Shown here piece by piece: positions 46,617 through 57,161 of a stretch of 64,000 bases of DNA (positions are counted from its first letter, which is position 1; every line of letters starts with the position of its first letter). This DNA comes from an uncultured bacterium (GTDB lineage: Bacteria > Krumholzibacteriota > Krumholzibacteriia > WVZY01). The stretch lies in contig CBDVBZ010000004.1 in the NCBI GenBank assembly GCA_965372355.1, forward strand, positions 5,119 through 69,118, read 5' to 3'. The position numbers and the translations under genes were made by a program. The notes under the pieces are model-generated. The model saw only the letters and a program-made list of their open reading frames with translations. It searched no databases and had not been told where the DNA came from.

Positions 46617-49198
46617 ATCATTCTTCCCCGCAGGTTGAAGACAACGGCAAAAAGCAGTATGCCAAGGGCTGTGGCGAACGTGATAACCGACACCGCCAGC
46701 GATTTCTTTAGCAGCGACATGTCGTAACGAAACACGATGTCATGATCGCCGGCGGGCAGCGCCACCGCCCGCAGAACGTGGTTGGCACGGATGATCTCTC
46801 CGGGCTCACCATCCACCTCGACCTGCCAGCCCGGGTAATAAATCTCGCCCAACACCATCAGCGCCGGGGACGGCAACGACGCCTGCACCCGGATCTCGTT
46901 GAAACGGTACTCCGTTATCTCCGCCGTGGCACCCTCGCGGGACACCGGCTCGATAGACGGGGCCTTCTCGAGAAGCGCGGTCCGCGACACATCGAGGCGC
47001 CTGTCGGCCAGCAACGTCTGTAGGGCCTGCGAACCCGGGCGCACCTCGAACCGATCGACAAAGAACACACGCGGCAACGCGTGTGTGTTCTCATAGACGA
47101 ACTTCTCCCGGCCAGTGCGGTCCATCCCGCGCCACAGCATCTTGAAGACCGGGTCCTCGCCGAGCGGATTCGACGTGACCAGATACCGGACATTGAGCAT
47201 GTCTGCCATCCGATAGTCGTTTCTCTGAACCGCGATATCAAGAGCATCGATGAACTCCTTGTAGATCGACAGCTTGGCGGGTTGGTAGCCGCCTATCGAC
47301 GAGATTCCGAAGTTCATGTACCGGTTCGTCTCGAAATCACCAACAACAGGGCGAGACGGATGAAGCATCGGGAAGACGCGAAACCGGCCGCCCTGTTTCT
47401 GGAGAAACTCGACCACGGCGTCCGGCTCGAGCACCCTGTTCGAATCATCTACTGACCTTATTATGCTCATCTGCGGATTTCGAAACAGCTTCTCGGGATA
47501 AATGATGTGACGGTCCACGAGATAGATATCCAGCATCCCCACACCCAGTACCGCCAGCACCAGGGCCAGTGCGCCGATATGTCGTTTGAAAAAGGCCCAG
47601 ACCAGCGACGCGGTCACGAGGAACAGTACGGAGAACTTGACAAGATCCGTAAACAGGTGTCCCCCGACGATTCGTGCGAGCTCGAGCTGTTCCCTTACCG
47701 AGCGCACGTTTCGGATCCTGTCGGCTATCGATTCGGTGAATCCGCCCGTCCAGTAGCTGTACGTGACGAGAACAATCAGCAGAACGGCCGCCGCTGCGAT
47801 CGCCGCCCTGAGCGCAGAACGGCTGCCCCTTATGGGATCGTACTTGAGCGCAGCCGATAAACCGATCCCGCAGAGCAGAACCAGCCCGAGCTGCTGAACG
47901 ATCAACACCATAACAGGCACCCGGAACTTGTTGAAATACGGGAGGAACTTGAAGAGCGGGCCATAGAGCAGGGGAAGATGCTTGCCAAAGGCGACCAGGG
48001 TCGTCACGGCCACGACAAAGACGAGAAACCATGTGAAACGCGTTCGCGCGATAAGCACGGCGACGACGGCAAAGAATGCTACGATCACACCCACGTAGTT
48101 GGCGTAATCCGTAAAAGGCATGTGCCCGAAATAGTAAAATTTGCCAAACCCGAACGCGAACGGTACCAGAAAACTCAACGTTTCGGCGGGATGAAGACTC
48201 CAGTTGGTGGCGTAGTCATAGGTGAGCCCACCTCCACCCGCGGCACCGCGGATCGAGTACTGCGCGTAGTCGTGCACGGGCAGAAACAACACCGCGCTGA
48301 TACCCAGCGCTCCCAGAACGATGAGGGCCAAAACACCAACGGCACCTCCGACATCCACCAATGCCGCGCGTTTCGCCGACGAGGCTCCACGCTCGTAGGC
48401 ATCTTTCAGGAATCCGAACACCGGGGGATCGGCTGCGCTCACCCCGCGAAACGCGTCCTTGATCTTGAGCGTCCCGAAAAAGACCACATGCATACCGATC
48501 AACGCAAACGTGTAGTAGGAGATCTGAAGATGCGACCTCAAAAACTGAAATCCGAGCAGGACCGTAAGGGCGCTCGCGTTGAGCAGAACACCCTTACCTC
48601 TCCATAAACGATCCCAGAAGAACAAGGCAAACGGCATGTACCCCACCGCGCTTGCCTGGCTACCGTGACCGTTGGCCCCTACGGCGACTTGGTTGGGCAT
48701 CCACATCATCATGACCCCAACGCCTGCCGCTATGAGGAAATTGACCCCACGGCCGATCAGGATTAACCACACGCCGAGCCCCAAGAAGAAGATGTGGAAG
48801 AGAAGCCACGTGGTGTTGGGAAACTTGAGCTTTGTGATCAGAAAACCGGTGACTACCGTGATGGGATACACATGAGGGACGTAGGTCATGCTGCCGTAAC
48901 TCGGCATCCCCGAGAACAGGTGTGGGTTCCACTGAGGGTACTCGCCCTCACTCATTGCTTTTTTGATCGGAGTCGACAGACTGAGCGCCGACTCCACGTC
49001 ACCGGCCACGAAGAGCTTGTTCTCAAAAACGAGTTCCGGGTACAGCACGCATATGGCGGCGATGAGAATAAAGATCGAGATGAGTGCCTGGTGGACAACG
49101 GGAATGCTCGCAGGCAGACCACCTTTCGCGGACGGACGATGGTTGACGGCAGCCGCCTTCTTTTCTGCGGCCCCACCTCTCTTTTTCTTCCTTTTCGC
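46601..49198 (-). CDS. YfhO-family GT-C membrane glycosyltransferase
   Basis: Start at MAKRKKKRGG. ~13 N-terminal TM helices, a large extracytoplasmic domain, and a single terminal TM helix (LAVSVITFATALGILLFAVVF) match YfhO topology. It sits among GtrB/Dpm1-like genes. Confidence 0.7.
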   Translation of the reverse strand, partial: AKRKKKRGGAAEKKAAAVNHRPSAKGGLPASIPVVHQALISIFILIAAICVLYPELVFENKLFVAGDVESALSLSTPIKKAMSEGEYPQWNPHLFSGMPSYGSMTYVPHVYPITVVTGFLITKLKFPNTTWLLFHIFFLGLGVWLILIGRGVNFLIAAGVGVMMMWMPNQVAVGANGHGSQASAVGYMPFALFFWDRLWRGKGVLLNASALTVLLGFQFLRSHLQISYYTFALIGMHVVFFGTLKIKDAFRGVSAADPPVFGFLKDAYERGASSAKRAALVDVGGAVGVLALIVLGALGISAVLFLPVHDYAQYSIRGAAGGGGLTYDYATNWSLHPAETLSFLVPFAFGFGKFYYFGHMPFTDYANYVGVIVAFFAVVAVLIARTRFTWFLVFVVAVTTLVAFGKHLPLLYGPLFKFLPYFNKFRVPVMVLIVQQLGLVLLCGIGLSAALKYDPIRGSRSALRAAIAAAAVLLIVLVTYSYWTGGFTESIADRIRNVRSVREQLELARIVGGHLFTDLVKFSVLFLVTASLVWAFFKRHIGALALVLAVLGVGMLDIYLVDRHIIYPEKLFRNPQMSIIRSVDDSNRVLEPDAVVEFLQKQGGRFRVFPMLHPSRPVVGDFETNRYMNFGISSIGGYQPAKLSIYKEFIDALDIAVQRNDYRMADMLNVRYLVTSNPLGEDPVFKMLWRGMDRTGREKFVYENTHALPRVFFVDRFEVRPGSQALQTLLADRRLDVSRTALLEKAPSIEPVSREGATAEITEYRFNEIRVQASLPSPALMVLGEIYYPGWQVEVDGEPGEIIRANHVLRAVALPAGDHDIVFRYDMSLLKKSLAVSVITFATALGILLFAVVFNLRGRMIWKRS

Positions 49199-49278
49199 CA
49201 TAGAGTTGGATCCTTCCGATGATGGTACCACACCGTCATCGGGCCGTAAATCAAGGAATGTACGTGCTTTAACGCTCC

Positions 49279-50418
49279 TTACCCACGCGCCGGTTTCTCG
49301 GCCAGGCCGCACAGGATCTCCCGACATCGCCCCCAGGAAAACCGGTGTTTCGCCTTCGCGATCCCGTCTTGCAACCGTTGCGCAGTACCATCGCGGAAGA
49401 ACTCGAGCATCGCCCCGCTCAGAGCATCCGGGTCACCCGGTGTCACGACGTAACCCGACACTCCATCCTCTACGACATCGGGTAATCCACCGACCCGCGT
49501 GACGACAACCGGCCTGTCGAATCCGAACGCTATCTGCACGATTCCGCTCTGCGTCGCGGAGAGATACGGCAGCACCACAACATCGGCGGCCACGAAGTAT
49601 TTCTCGACTTCCTCGTTCGGCACATACTGGTCCACCATCCGCACGCGGTCTCCGATCCCCAGACCCTCGATCTCGCTGACGTACGGCTGCCTGTCCTCGT
49701 AGAATTCGCCGACGATCATCAGCGTGGCCTCGATCTGCTGAATGGTTTTGGCGAAGGCCTGAATTAAAACCCGGAGACCTTTATAGGGGCGGATCAGTCC
49801 AAAAAAGAGAATGACCCGACCATCGACTCCAATCTCCCGGCGCGCCGTTTCCCTCGTATGCCGGCCTTTGTTGAATATGTCATAGATCGGATGTGGATGG
49901 ACATCCACGACGGCACCCTTTTTTATGCTTAGGAGGTTGCGACGATCCTCCTGCGATTGGACGAGGAAACGGCTGACCTGAGAGAACCCCAACCGGATCA
50001 GAACCGTGTCGATCAACGATTTCTCGTGGGGCAACACGTTGTGACACAAAAAGGCGACTCTCCGCTTCAGCGATCCGCCGAGAAGCAGAATGATCACGGC
50101 ATAGGCGACGGCAAAAAACGGATGCCACCACTGAAATACGATCAGATCGGGTCGATAAGATCTCATCGCTTGAGCGGCGCTCCAGAACGACAACGGATTC
50201 ATCGTGTCAATGAGACGCCTCGAGGGCACATCGAGCGGCTCACCACTCGTATCGAACTGCGTCTTGCCGGGGAATAGGAATGATGGATAGAGTCGTTTGA
50301 AATTCACCACCAGAACATCGTGGTGCTTACCAAACTCCTCTGCAAGCACGGATGTGAAGTGTGCGATCCCGCCGCGATACGGATAGACAGGTCCGACGAG
50401 ACAGACCTTTTTGATCAT
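49279..50418 (-). CDS. GT4 (group 1) glycosyltransferase
   Basis: MIKKVCLVGPVYPYRGGIAHF.... C-terminal EX7E-type region (LPYLSATQSGIVQIAFGFDRPVVVTRVGGLPDVV). Confidence 0.85.
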   Translation of the reverse strand: MIKKVCLVGPVYPYRGGIAHFTSVLAEEFGKHHDVLVVNFKRLYPSFLFPGKTQFDTSGEPLDVPSRRLIDTMNPLSFWSAAQAMRSYRPDLIVFQWWHPFFAVAYAVIILLLGGSLKRRVAFLCHNVLPHEKSLIDTVLIRLGFSQVSRFLVQSQEDRRNLLSIKKGAVVDVHPHPIYDIFNKGRHTRETARREIGVDGRVILFFGLIRPYKGLRVLIQAFAKTIQQIEATLMIVGEFYEDRQPYVSEIEGLGIGDRVRMVDQYVPNEEVEKYFVAADVVVLPYLSATQSGIVQIAFGFDRPVVVTRVGGLPDVVEDGVSGYVVTPGDPDALSGAMLEFFRDGTAQRLQDGIAKAKHRFSWGRCREILCGLAEKPARG

Positions 50419-51374
50419 GGCGCTTGCCCGCCTCCAAGGGGCAGCCCGGAGTCGTGCGTGAGGTGTTCGCGCAGGGTGTAGGTGGCTTCCTGGGCGCCGC
50501 GCGCCGTGATCAGCTCAGCGAGTAGCCCGATCGAGCCGATCTGAAGCGCCACGATGATCAGAACAAAACCCGCGAGCATGATCGGCCGAACCCTCAGGCC
50601 GACGCCACCAATGTACTGTATGAGAAAGATGATCTGAGGTATGGCTCCGATTACGAACAGAACGAATGCGATACGTCCAAAAAAATGAAGCGGTTTCAAC
50701 GCTCGTCGCGTGATGAACATCACTGTGACGAGGTCAAAGAACCCATTCAGAAAACGCTCGCCACCGTACTTGCTCCGACCGTACTTGCGTTTGAAATGCC
50801 GGACCTGGATCTCATCGACCTTGAACCCTTCCCAACCGGCCAGAACGGGTATAAAGCGATGCAGCTCTCCATACACCGCTATGGATCTAGCCACTTCCCC
50901 TCTGTAGGCCTTGAGTCCGCAGTTGAAATCGTGGAGGCGAAGACCGCTCATGACGGAAGTGACGAAATTGAAGAACTTGGACGGCAACCTCTTCGTCCAC
51001 GGATCTTGTCTATCCATTTTCCAACCCGACACCAGATCGGCGCCCTCGTGGAGCTTATTGATCAGCGCGGGTATCTCAGCGGGGTCGTCCTGAAGATCCG
51101 CATCCATCGTGATGATGATATCGCCCGTGGCCTCCTTGAATCCCACCGACAGCGCGGCCGATTTGCCGTGATTGCGTCTAAAGCTCAGGACTTTGACCTT
51201 GGGAGAACGCTCATAGAGATCGCGCAGAATGAGGAGTGACTTATCCACGCTGCCATCGTCGACAAAGATATACTCGTAGTCCACCCCGATGCCTGTCATC
51301 ACGGATTCGAGGCTTTCGAACAGCTCAGGGAGGCTTTCTTCCTCGTTGTAGAGCGGGATCACCACGGATATCAT
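50415..51374 (-). CDS. polyprenyl-phosphate glycosyltransferase, GtrB/ArnC-like GT2 with C-terminal TM anchors
   Basis: MISVVIPLYNEEESL...FVDDGSVDKS...ITMDADLQDDP, then two C-terminal TM helices (FVLFVIGAIPQIIFLIQYIGG, IMLAGFVLIIVALQIGSIGLLAELI). Confidence 0.85.
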   Translation of the reverse strand: MISVVIPLYNEEESLPELFESLESVMTGIGVDYEYIFVDDGSVDKSLLILRDLYERSPKVKVLSFRRNHGKSAALSVGFKEATGDIIITMDADLQDDPAEIPALINKLHEGADLVSGWKMDRQDPWTKRLPSKFFNFVTSVMSGLRLHDFNCGLKAYRGEVARSIAVYGELHRFIPVLAGWEGFKVDEIQVRHFKRKYGRSKYGGERFLNGFFDLVTVMFITRRALKPLHFFGRIAFVLFVIGAIPQIIFLIQYIGGVGLRVRPIMLAGFVLIIVALQIGSIGLLAELITARGAQEATYTLREHLTHDSGLPLGGGQAP

Positions 51375-51383
51375 TTCGACCTC

Positions 51384-52340
51384 CTAATCACCGATCAATC
51401 GCTTGAGTGTGGCCTGCAGCCACTCCGTCTCCATCGCGAGGCCTTCCTCCACCGTCGTCTTTGGCGCGTATCCAAGCTCCCCCCTGGCCAGACTGATGTC
51501 GGCATACGTGTGAGTGACATCCCCTTTTGCCCGGTCTTCGTATCGCACGTCCAGACCCGTGGGAAGTATTCCGGAGATGATGTCGAGCGCGGCATTCAAT
51601 GCGATCCGTGTGCCACCCCCCACATTGAAAACGCTCTCTTCCCCATCGTATTCCATGGCGAGCGTACAAGCCTCAACGATATCGGAAACGAACGTGAAAT
51701 CCCTCGTCTGAGTACCATTGCCAAAAACCGTAACCGGTTGTTCGTCCAGACCGGCTCGGATAAACCGATGAAACGCCATATCGGGTCGTTGTCTGGGCCC
51801 AAACACGGTGAAGAACCTCAGAGCCACCACCGGCAATCCGAAGTTGCTCCGGTACAGCAGGCAAAGCGCCTCGCCGGAGAGCTTGGTAACACCGTATGGG
51901 GAGACGGGGCACGTCGGATGGGTCTCGGACATGGGAAGCTCCTGGGTCTCCCCATAGACTGAGCTCGAGCTCGCATACACAAAACGTCTGACACCCTTGT
52001 TTCGCGCCGCCTCGCACAGTCGCTGAGTCGCCCGTATATTGGCGTCGACATAGCTGTCGAACAGGCTGTCCCAACTGTCCCTTACACCGGCCCACGCCGC
52101 GAGATGAAAGACGTAGTCGACTCCCTCGAGAATGCCGTCGAGATCGAGTTCGTTGAGATCGCCCTCGATCAGCGAGAAACCCTTCTTCTTCTCAAGACTG
52201 TTGAGATTCTCTCGTTTGAACCGGACATCGTAGTTCGCGCAGAGCGAATCGACACCGACGACGTCGAGGTCCTTTGCCAACAACGCCTCAGTGAGATGCG
52301 AGCCGATAAACCCTGCAGCACCGGTTACGAGCGTTTTCAT
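51384..52340 (-). CDS. NAD-dependent nucleotide-sugar epimerase/dehydratase (SDR family)
   Basis: MKTLVTGAAGFIGSHL Rossmann motif. Catalytic YASSSSVYG...Y/K context. 318 aa. Confidence 0.85.
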   Translation of the reverse strand: MKTLVTGAAGFIGSHLTEALLAKDLDVVGVDSLCANYDVRFKRENLNSLEKKKGFSLIEGDLNELDLDGILEGVDYVFHLAAWAGVRDSWDSLFDSYVDANIRATQRLCEAARNKGVRRFVYASSSSVYGETQELPMSETHPTCPVSPYGVTKLSGEALCLLYRSNFGLPVVALRFFTVFGPRQRPDMAFHRFIRAGLDEQPVTVFGNGTQTRDFTFVSDIVEACTLAMEYDGEESVFNVGGGTRIALNAALDIISGILPTGLDVRYEDRAKGDVTHTYADISLARGELGYAPKTTVEEGLAMETEWLQATLKRLIGD

Positions 52341-52390
52341 AGGCGTCCATATTCGCCGATTGCGCCGCCGCGACGCCGGCCTGACTCAGG

Positions 52391-54919
52391 TTACTGGTTC
52401 TCTGGAACCGAATCTTGCGTCTGTGTGCTGCGATCCAGGAGCTTCTGTCTGGATCTTATCATCGAATCGTCGTTGGGGTGACGCGCGATCCAGTTGTCGA
52501 CAAAGCGCAGCGCCCGGTCAACGCGATTGTACCGCATGCATATCGCTGTTGCGCTCACAACCGCGTCTCTGTGGTCGGGACAGTACTCTATCATCGCCTC
52601 TATCGTGGCAAGCACTCCTTGAAAATCCTCGATCCGCTCCTGCACACCCGCGAGACGATAGCGCACGTCGCAATCGTAGGGATCCTCTTCGATCTTGTCT
52701 CGGTAGTACTGTACTGCTCGGGTCGTGTCACCGCTCTCGAGGTAGTACCAGCCCAGCCACATCACAACGGGCGTCAAACCCGGCGAGATCTGCTCGGCCG
52801 CCTCCAGGTTCTTGATTGCCGCTTCGTAATCCTGTGCGCGGTATTGCATAAAACCGAGCTGGGTAAACGCTGCCGCATAGTTCTGAACCAGGCGATGCAC
52901 AAATGGCGGGTGATAAATCGATTCATCCCGCTGGTAGTCCTCGTCGAGCAGCCCCAGATAGCTGTAGTTCTGCCAGACGTTCTCTTCGAGTTTTGCAAGA
53001 TTGACCATGTTCTGCCCCTTGCGGGGAACAACACGGTAGGCCAACCCCTCCATCTCGAGGAACTCACGGTAGGGCTTGTAAATATTCGGTGGGATCGTGA
53101 CGGCAAAGTAGATCGGCTTCTTGTTGCTGTTGTATTTGAGGATGTGCTGCACGCCAATATCCCTGACGAGGATCCAGCTGCCGTCCTTGGTTTTGATCGG
53201 GCCCAAACGCGCGAGCTCGGCATCGGTCCAACGAATATTCACCTTTGGCTCATTGTCCCTCAGCTGCTTTATGTACCACGGCGTGTTTAGAAGGCTCAGG
53301 TTTACCACACGCACATCGGCGCGGTACTTCTCGACCTCCTGGATATACCAAAGTGGAAACGTGTCATTGTCACCGTTTGTAAAGATGATCCCATCTCGGT
53401 CCAGTCCCACCAGCATGTTCTTCGCGTACTCGCTGCATACGAAGTCGGCGGAGCGGTCGTGCTGAAAGAAGTGAGCCCGAAGCGTGAACGCTGGAAGAAC
53501 CAGAAATATAACGGCGGGCACGACAGCGGATGCCATACCGGTAACACCGACGCGAGATGCGAGACGCCGAATCTCGGACAGCAGGCTCGCCGCTCCGATC
53601 GCGATGAAAACGGCGAAATAGTAGAACGCGGGCAGATAGAAGTAGTCTCGCTCACGAACCTCCGCGTCGGAGAAGTTGAGATAAACGATCATGCCGAGGC
53701 TCGTCACCAGGAATGTCGCAAACAGTATGACAAATGTCTTCCGGTGCTTTGCATAGTGATCCACCATACCCCAGATACCCAGCGCCAGCGGGATCACCGA
53801 CCCGATATTCAGTCTACCAAGATAGACGGTCGCCATCTTGAACTGATCCTGGAGGTATTCGTTGAAATGCTGGAGCTGAAACCCAAAAAACGAGGATTTG
53901 CGCTCAAAGACGTTTGGCGGCGGGTACTGTTCGCGCCTGAGCACCGCATACAAACCGCGCCAGGTTTCCGGGTCCGCCTCGTCGATGGCGGGGTTGTGCC
54001 CCGAGCGAATCTTGAGATACAGGTGCACCGAAATCCCGAGAATGAAGAGCGCGCTGCAAATGATGGCGAATTTTGATTTGGACTGTGCGAAAAAGACCGC
54101 CAGCGCGACCACGAAGAGCGCGATGAGGGTAAGTGTGATCTGACCGTTCCTGTAGAGCGTCGCGTCGGCCACAAAGATCGCCACGCCCGCGCAGGCAAGC
54201 AAAAACTGCGTATTGCTGAACGACTTCTCCTTCGTCATCAGGATGACCAGGAAAACCCCCGAGAATGCCAGAATCGTTCCCAGGTGAAGACCGACGGTCA
54301 GCGCGAGCAGATAGAACAGAAGATAGACATATGAGACCGATTTCGGTCCCGTCGGGTTGTCCGCCCATTTGAGGGCCAGCCACGTCATGAAACCCATCAC
54401 GAACACGCTCATCGCGTACACTTCGGATTCCGTCGAATTCGCCCAGTACGTGTGACTGAACGTTAGGAAGAGCGCGCCCACCGTCGCCCCGGCCACCCTG
54501 ATCAAGGCGTCTGCCGCCGTGGCGCACCTCCCCATCATGTAGTCGAGGAAGCGAATCGCCAGCAGATACACCATCAGCACGCCGAGGCTGCCGGCAACCA
54601 CCGATATGAAGTTCACCTTACCGGCGATCGAAAACGGCAGTGGAAGCATCGTAAACACCCTCCCCACTAGGACATAGAGCGGCGTCCCGGGTGAGTGTGG
54701 CACACCGAGTGTGTACGCGCTGGCAATAAACTCGCCGGCATCCCAGAATGGCGCGCTGGGAGCCATGGTTCTCATATAGAGAAACAGGCTGAGCACGGCC
54801 GTAAACACAGCCCCGACAAGGAAATACACCCGAACAACGGGGTCCGCCGGCGCCGGCCTGGGTTGTGGCTCGGCCCTGGGGGCCGGCCGCGGTTTCGTTG
54901 ATTTCTGCTTTTTTGCCAT
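52391..54919 (-). CDS. GT-C-fold glycosyltransferase-like membrane protein (DUF2723/TMEM260-type) fused to C-terminal TPR repeats
   Basis: N-terminus ...SAPFWDAGEFIASAYTLGVPHSPGTPLY (first-loop acidic motif plus HPPG-like block) and ~11 TM helices. The C-terminal ~250 aa are TPR units (YEAAIKNLEAAEQISPGL..., RAVQYYRDKIEEDPYD...). Confidence 0.7.
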   Translation of the reverse strand: MAKKQKSTKPRPAPRAEPQPRPAPADPVVRVYFLVGAVFTAVLSLFLYMRTMAPSAPFWDAGEFIASAYTLGVPHSPGTPLYVLVGRVFTMLPLPFSIAGKVNFISVVAGSLGVLMVYLLAIRFLDYMMGRCATAADALIRVAGATVGALFLTFSHTYWANSTESEVYAMSVFVMGFMTWLALKWADNPTGPKSVSYVYLLFYLLALTVGLHLGTILAFSGVFLVILMTKEKSFSNTQFLLACAGVAIFVADATLYRNGQITLTLIALFVVALAVFFAQSKSKFAIICSALFILGISVHLYLKIRSGHNPAIDEADPETWRGLYAVLRREQYPPPNVFERKSSFFGFQLQHFNEYLQDQFKMATVYLGRLNIGSVIPLALGIWGMVDHYAKHRKTFVILFATFLVTSLGMIVYLNFSDAEVRERDYFYLPAFYYFAVFIAIGAASLLSEIRRLASRVGVTGMASAVVPAVIFLVLPAFTLRAHFFQHDRSADFVCSEYAKNMLVGLDRDGIIFTNGDNDTFPLWYIQEVEKYRADVRVVNLSLLNTPWYIKQLRDNEPKVNIRWTDAELARLGPIKTKDGSWILVRDIGVQHILKYNSNKKPIYFAVTIPPNIYKPYREFLEMEGLAYRVVPRKGQNMVNLAKLEENVWQNYSYLGLLDEDYQRDESIYHPPFVHRLVQNYAAAFTQLGFMQYRAQDYEAAIKNLEAAEQISPGLTPVVMWLGWYYLESGDTTRAVQYYRDKIEEDPYDCDVRYRLAGVQERIEDFQGVLATIEAMIEYCPDHRDAVVSATAICMRYNRVDRALRFVDNWIARHPNDDSMIRSRQKLLDRSTQTQDSVPENQ

Positions 54920-55044
54920 GAAGTTACCGATGCGGGGGTCGTTCCAAACCTGACTATTCTAGTGTTTTCTCGCGATAAGGTTCCGCAAAAACCGGACCGA
55001 TTCGAATGCTATAAGCTACCCCAGCTAGCAGATCGGATCAACAG

Positions 55045-56034
55045 CTAAATGGTGGAGGCATCGGCCCTTGGGTTGGACATCTCGCGCCTACGGGCTAAAA
55101 AGAACGCAAAACCGAGCAGACTAATCGAGACCGAGATCAGATAGGTCAGGAATTCTATCGCGAACGCATCGGTCCGTCCGATCCCTGCCTGCGCAAAGAG
55201 CAAGATTCCCAACCCCTCCCTGACACCAAGCCCGTTTATCGTGATCGGGGGTATCATGGCCAGACCCAGCACCGGCACAAAGACGAAAAACAACCCAAAG
55301 ACCACGGCGTCGATCGGCACACCCAGCGCGACCGCCGCGAGAACGTGCGTCATGACCCGGAGGAACTGGATGACCAGCGACAGGAGAATCAGCCTCAGAA
55401 CGAGCCACCGCCTGCTCTTGAACTCACTCAGGCCATCGAATATCCATCCCGCCCGTTTGTCGACCGACAACGGGCGAATCAGACCCACGAGCCGTCTCAG
55501 AAGTGTGCCCAGTGGCTTGATGAAATAGAAGCCCACCAACGGCATCATGCATCCGAGAAACACAATCAGGTAGACGGCTACGGTCCCGCCCGGCCAGAAC
55601 GCCGTGCTCAGCAACACGGCCGCAACGGCCAACAGACAGAGGCTGAAAATCCCGATAAAGCGATCCATCAGTGTGACCGCCGTCACCCGATAGACGTTGC
55701 TGCCTATTCGGCTGACATCGTAGATCTTCATCGCGTCCCCGCCGATATTCGCCGGCAGGAAGTTGTTGAAAAACAACCCCACGAAATAGAAGCGAAACGA
55801 TTGCGGAAAAGTCAGTCGAACGCCCGATGCGACCAGAAGGAAATGCCACTGGAGTGCGCCGAGGACGTTACTCACAAAGAAGACGAGGATGGCAAGCGCC
55901 ACGGTGGCTCGATCGAGGGTCCGCACGAGGGCGAACAGATCCTCGAGCGATATCTTGCTGACGAGAAAAATCAAGAGCCCGGCGCTTACCAGGAGCTTGA
56001 CCAGGAGCTTTGCTAACGGACCGGGCGCCTTCAT
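55045..56034 (-). CDS. LPG_synthase_TM/UPF0104-type flippase-like integral membrane protein
   Basis: Start at MKAPGPLAKLLV (ATGA overlap with the upstream GT4 stop). 8 TM helices with a conserved ...FFNNFLPANIGGDAMKIYDV... block. The 93-aa Arg/Gly-rich extension in the ORF track is rejected. Confidence 0.65.
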   Translation of the reverse strand: MKAPGPLAKLLVKLLVSAGLLIFLVSKISLEDLFALVRTLDRATVALAILVFFVSNVLGALQWHFLLVASGVRLTFPQSFRFYFVGLFFNNFLPANIGGDAMKIYDVSRIGSNVYRVTAVTLMDRFIGIFSLCLLAVAAVLLSTAFWPGGTVAVYLIVFLGCMMPLVGFYFIKPLGTLLRRLVGLIRPLSVDKRAGWIFDGLSEFKSRRWLVLRLILLSLVIQFLRVMTHVLAAVALGVPIDAVVFGLFFVFVPVLGLAMIPPITINGLGVREGLGILLFAQAGIGRTDAFAIEFLTYLISVSISLLGFAFFLARRREMSNPRADASTI

Positions 56035-57149
56035 CCAGCGGACCCAATCTGACCGAGAAAGACACGCTCCATTTCCGCGGCCGTCCGGTCCCACGTCAAC
56101 GATCCCGCCCATTGGACCGCCTTGCCGCTCATCTCCTGCCACTTGTGCTTGTCCCTGAGCAACTCGAGAGATTTCTCGGCAAACGCCCGATCGTCTCCGT
56201 ACTCCACCAGATAACCGGTCTCCCCGTCCTTGACGGAGTCTTGAAGCCCCGGACGGTTGCTCGCGACGACAGGGACGCCACAGGCGTTGGCCTCGACGAC
56301 GGTGAGTCCCCAACCCTCCTTTGGGCTCGCGTTGAGAAAGAGATGCGCCTGGTTAAGCACCGCCACCAGTTCGTTCGTCTTTACCACACCGAGGAATTTT
56401 ACCGAGGTGTTCAAACCCATCTTCTCCACCAGATCGACGAGCTCGTCCACCCCCGGTCCGCCGCCAATGATAAACAGCCGGGCGTTTGGCAGCTGTTCCC
56501 GGATCCGCGCGAAGGCCTTTATCACGACATCGATCGACTTGTATTTTCGGATTCGCCCAAAGTGAACGATGGTCGGATCCGAATACCGGTCGAGACCCTC
56601 GATCCGCCTGTACGTGTCGTGATCGAGTCCGCACAGGACAACATCGATGCGCTCCGCCGCGATGCCCCGCCTAATCAGGTCTTCCTTCGTACTCGGGCTG
56701 ATTACGGCGAACTGACAGTTTTTGTAAACCGCAGGTATCAGTCGTTCCCATAGATAGACGTAGCTCGCAAGCACGGCATTCGTCTCGCGGTAGATCGTGG
56801 TGCCGAACAGATGCGGGATAACGGGAAGCACCCGGGTGCGTGTCAGTGCGGGTAGAAAAAACGGGATCTTGTTTATGTCCTCGATGATGAGATCGACTGG
56901 GTTCCGTTTGATAAATGACCTGACGTGAAACGGCAGAACGAAGTTCGCGTTGTACCAGCTGCCCTTCCTGATAACACGGATACCATCGCACAAATCCGTC
57001 TCCTCACAACCCGGGAATCCGGTCGCGAACATTGTCACCTCGTGACCGTTCTTGACCATCCGCGTGAGGATTTCGTGGAGATGGACTTCGGCTCCGCCGG
57101 CATCCGGGTTCTTGAGGTCCCGCCAGTTCACAGCTACAAATTTTGCCAA
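56031..57149 (-). CDS. GT4 (group 1) glycosyltransferase
   Basis: MAKFVAVNWRDLKNPDAGGAEVHLHEILTRMVKNGHEVTMF.... C-terminal EX7E region GLTVVEANACGVPVVASNRPGLQDSV. Confidence 0.85.
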   Translation of the reverse strand: MAKFVAVNWRDLKNPDAGGAEVHLHEILTRMVKNGHEVTMFATGFPGCEETDLCDGIRVIRKGSWYNANFVLPFHVRSFIKRNPVDLIIEDINKIPFFLPALTRTRVLPVIPHLFGTTIYRETNAVLASYVYLWERLIPAVYKNCQFAVISPSTKEDLIRRGIAAERIDVVLCGLDHDTYRRIEGLDRYSDPTIVHFGRIRKYKSIDVVIKAFARIREQLPNARLFIIGGGPGVDELVDLVEKMGLNTSVKFLGVVKTNELVAVLNQAHLFLNASPKEGWGLTVVEANACGVPVVASNRPGLQDSVKDGETGYLVEYGDDRAFAEKSLELLRDKHKWQEMSGKAVQWAGSLTWDRTAAEMERVFLGQIGSAG

Positions 57150-57161
57150 GCCACCCTCCCG

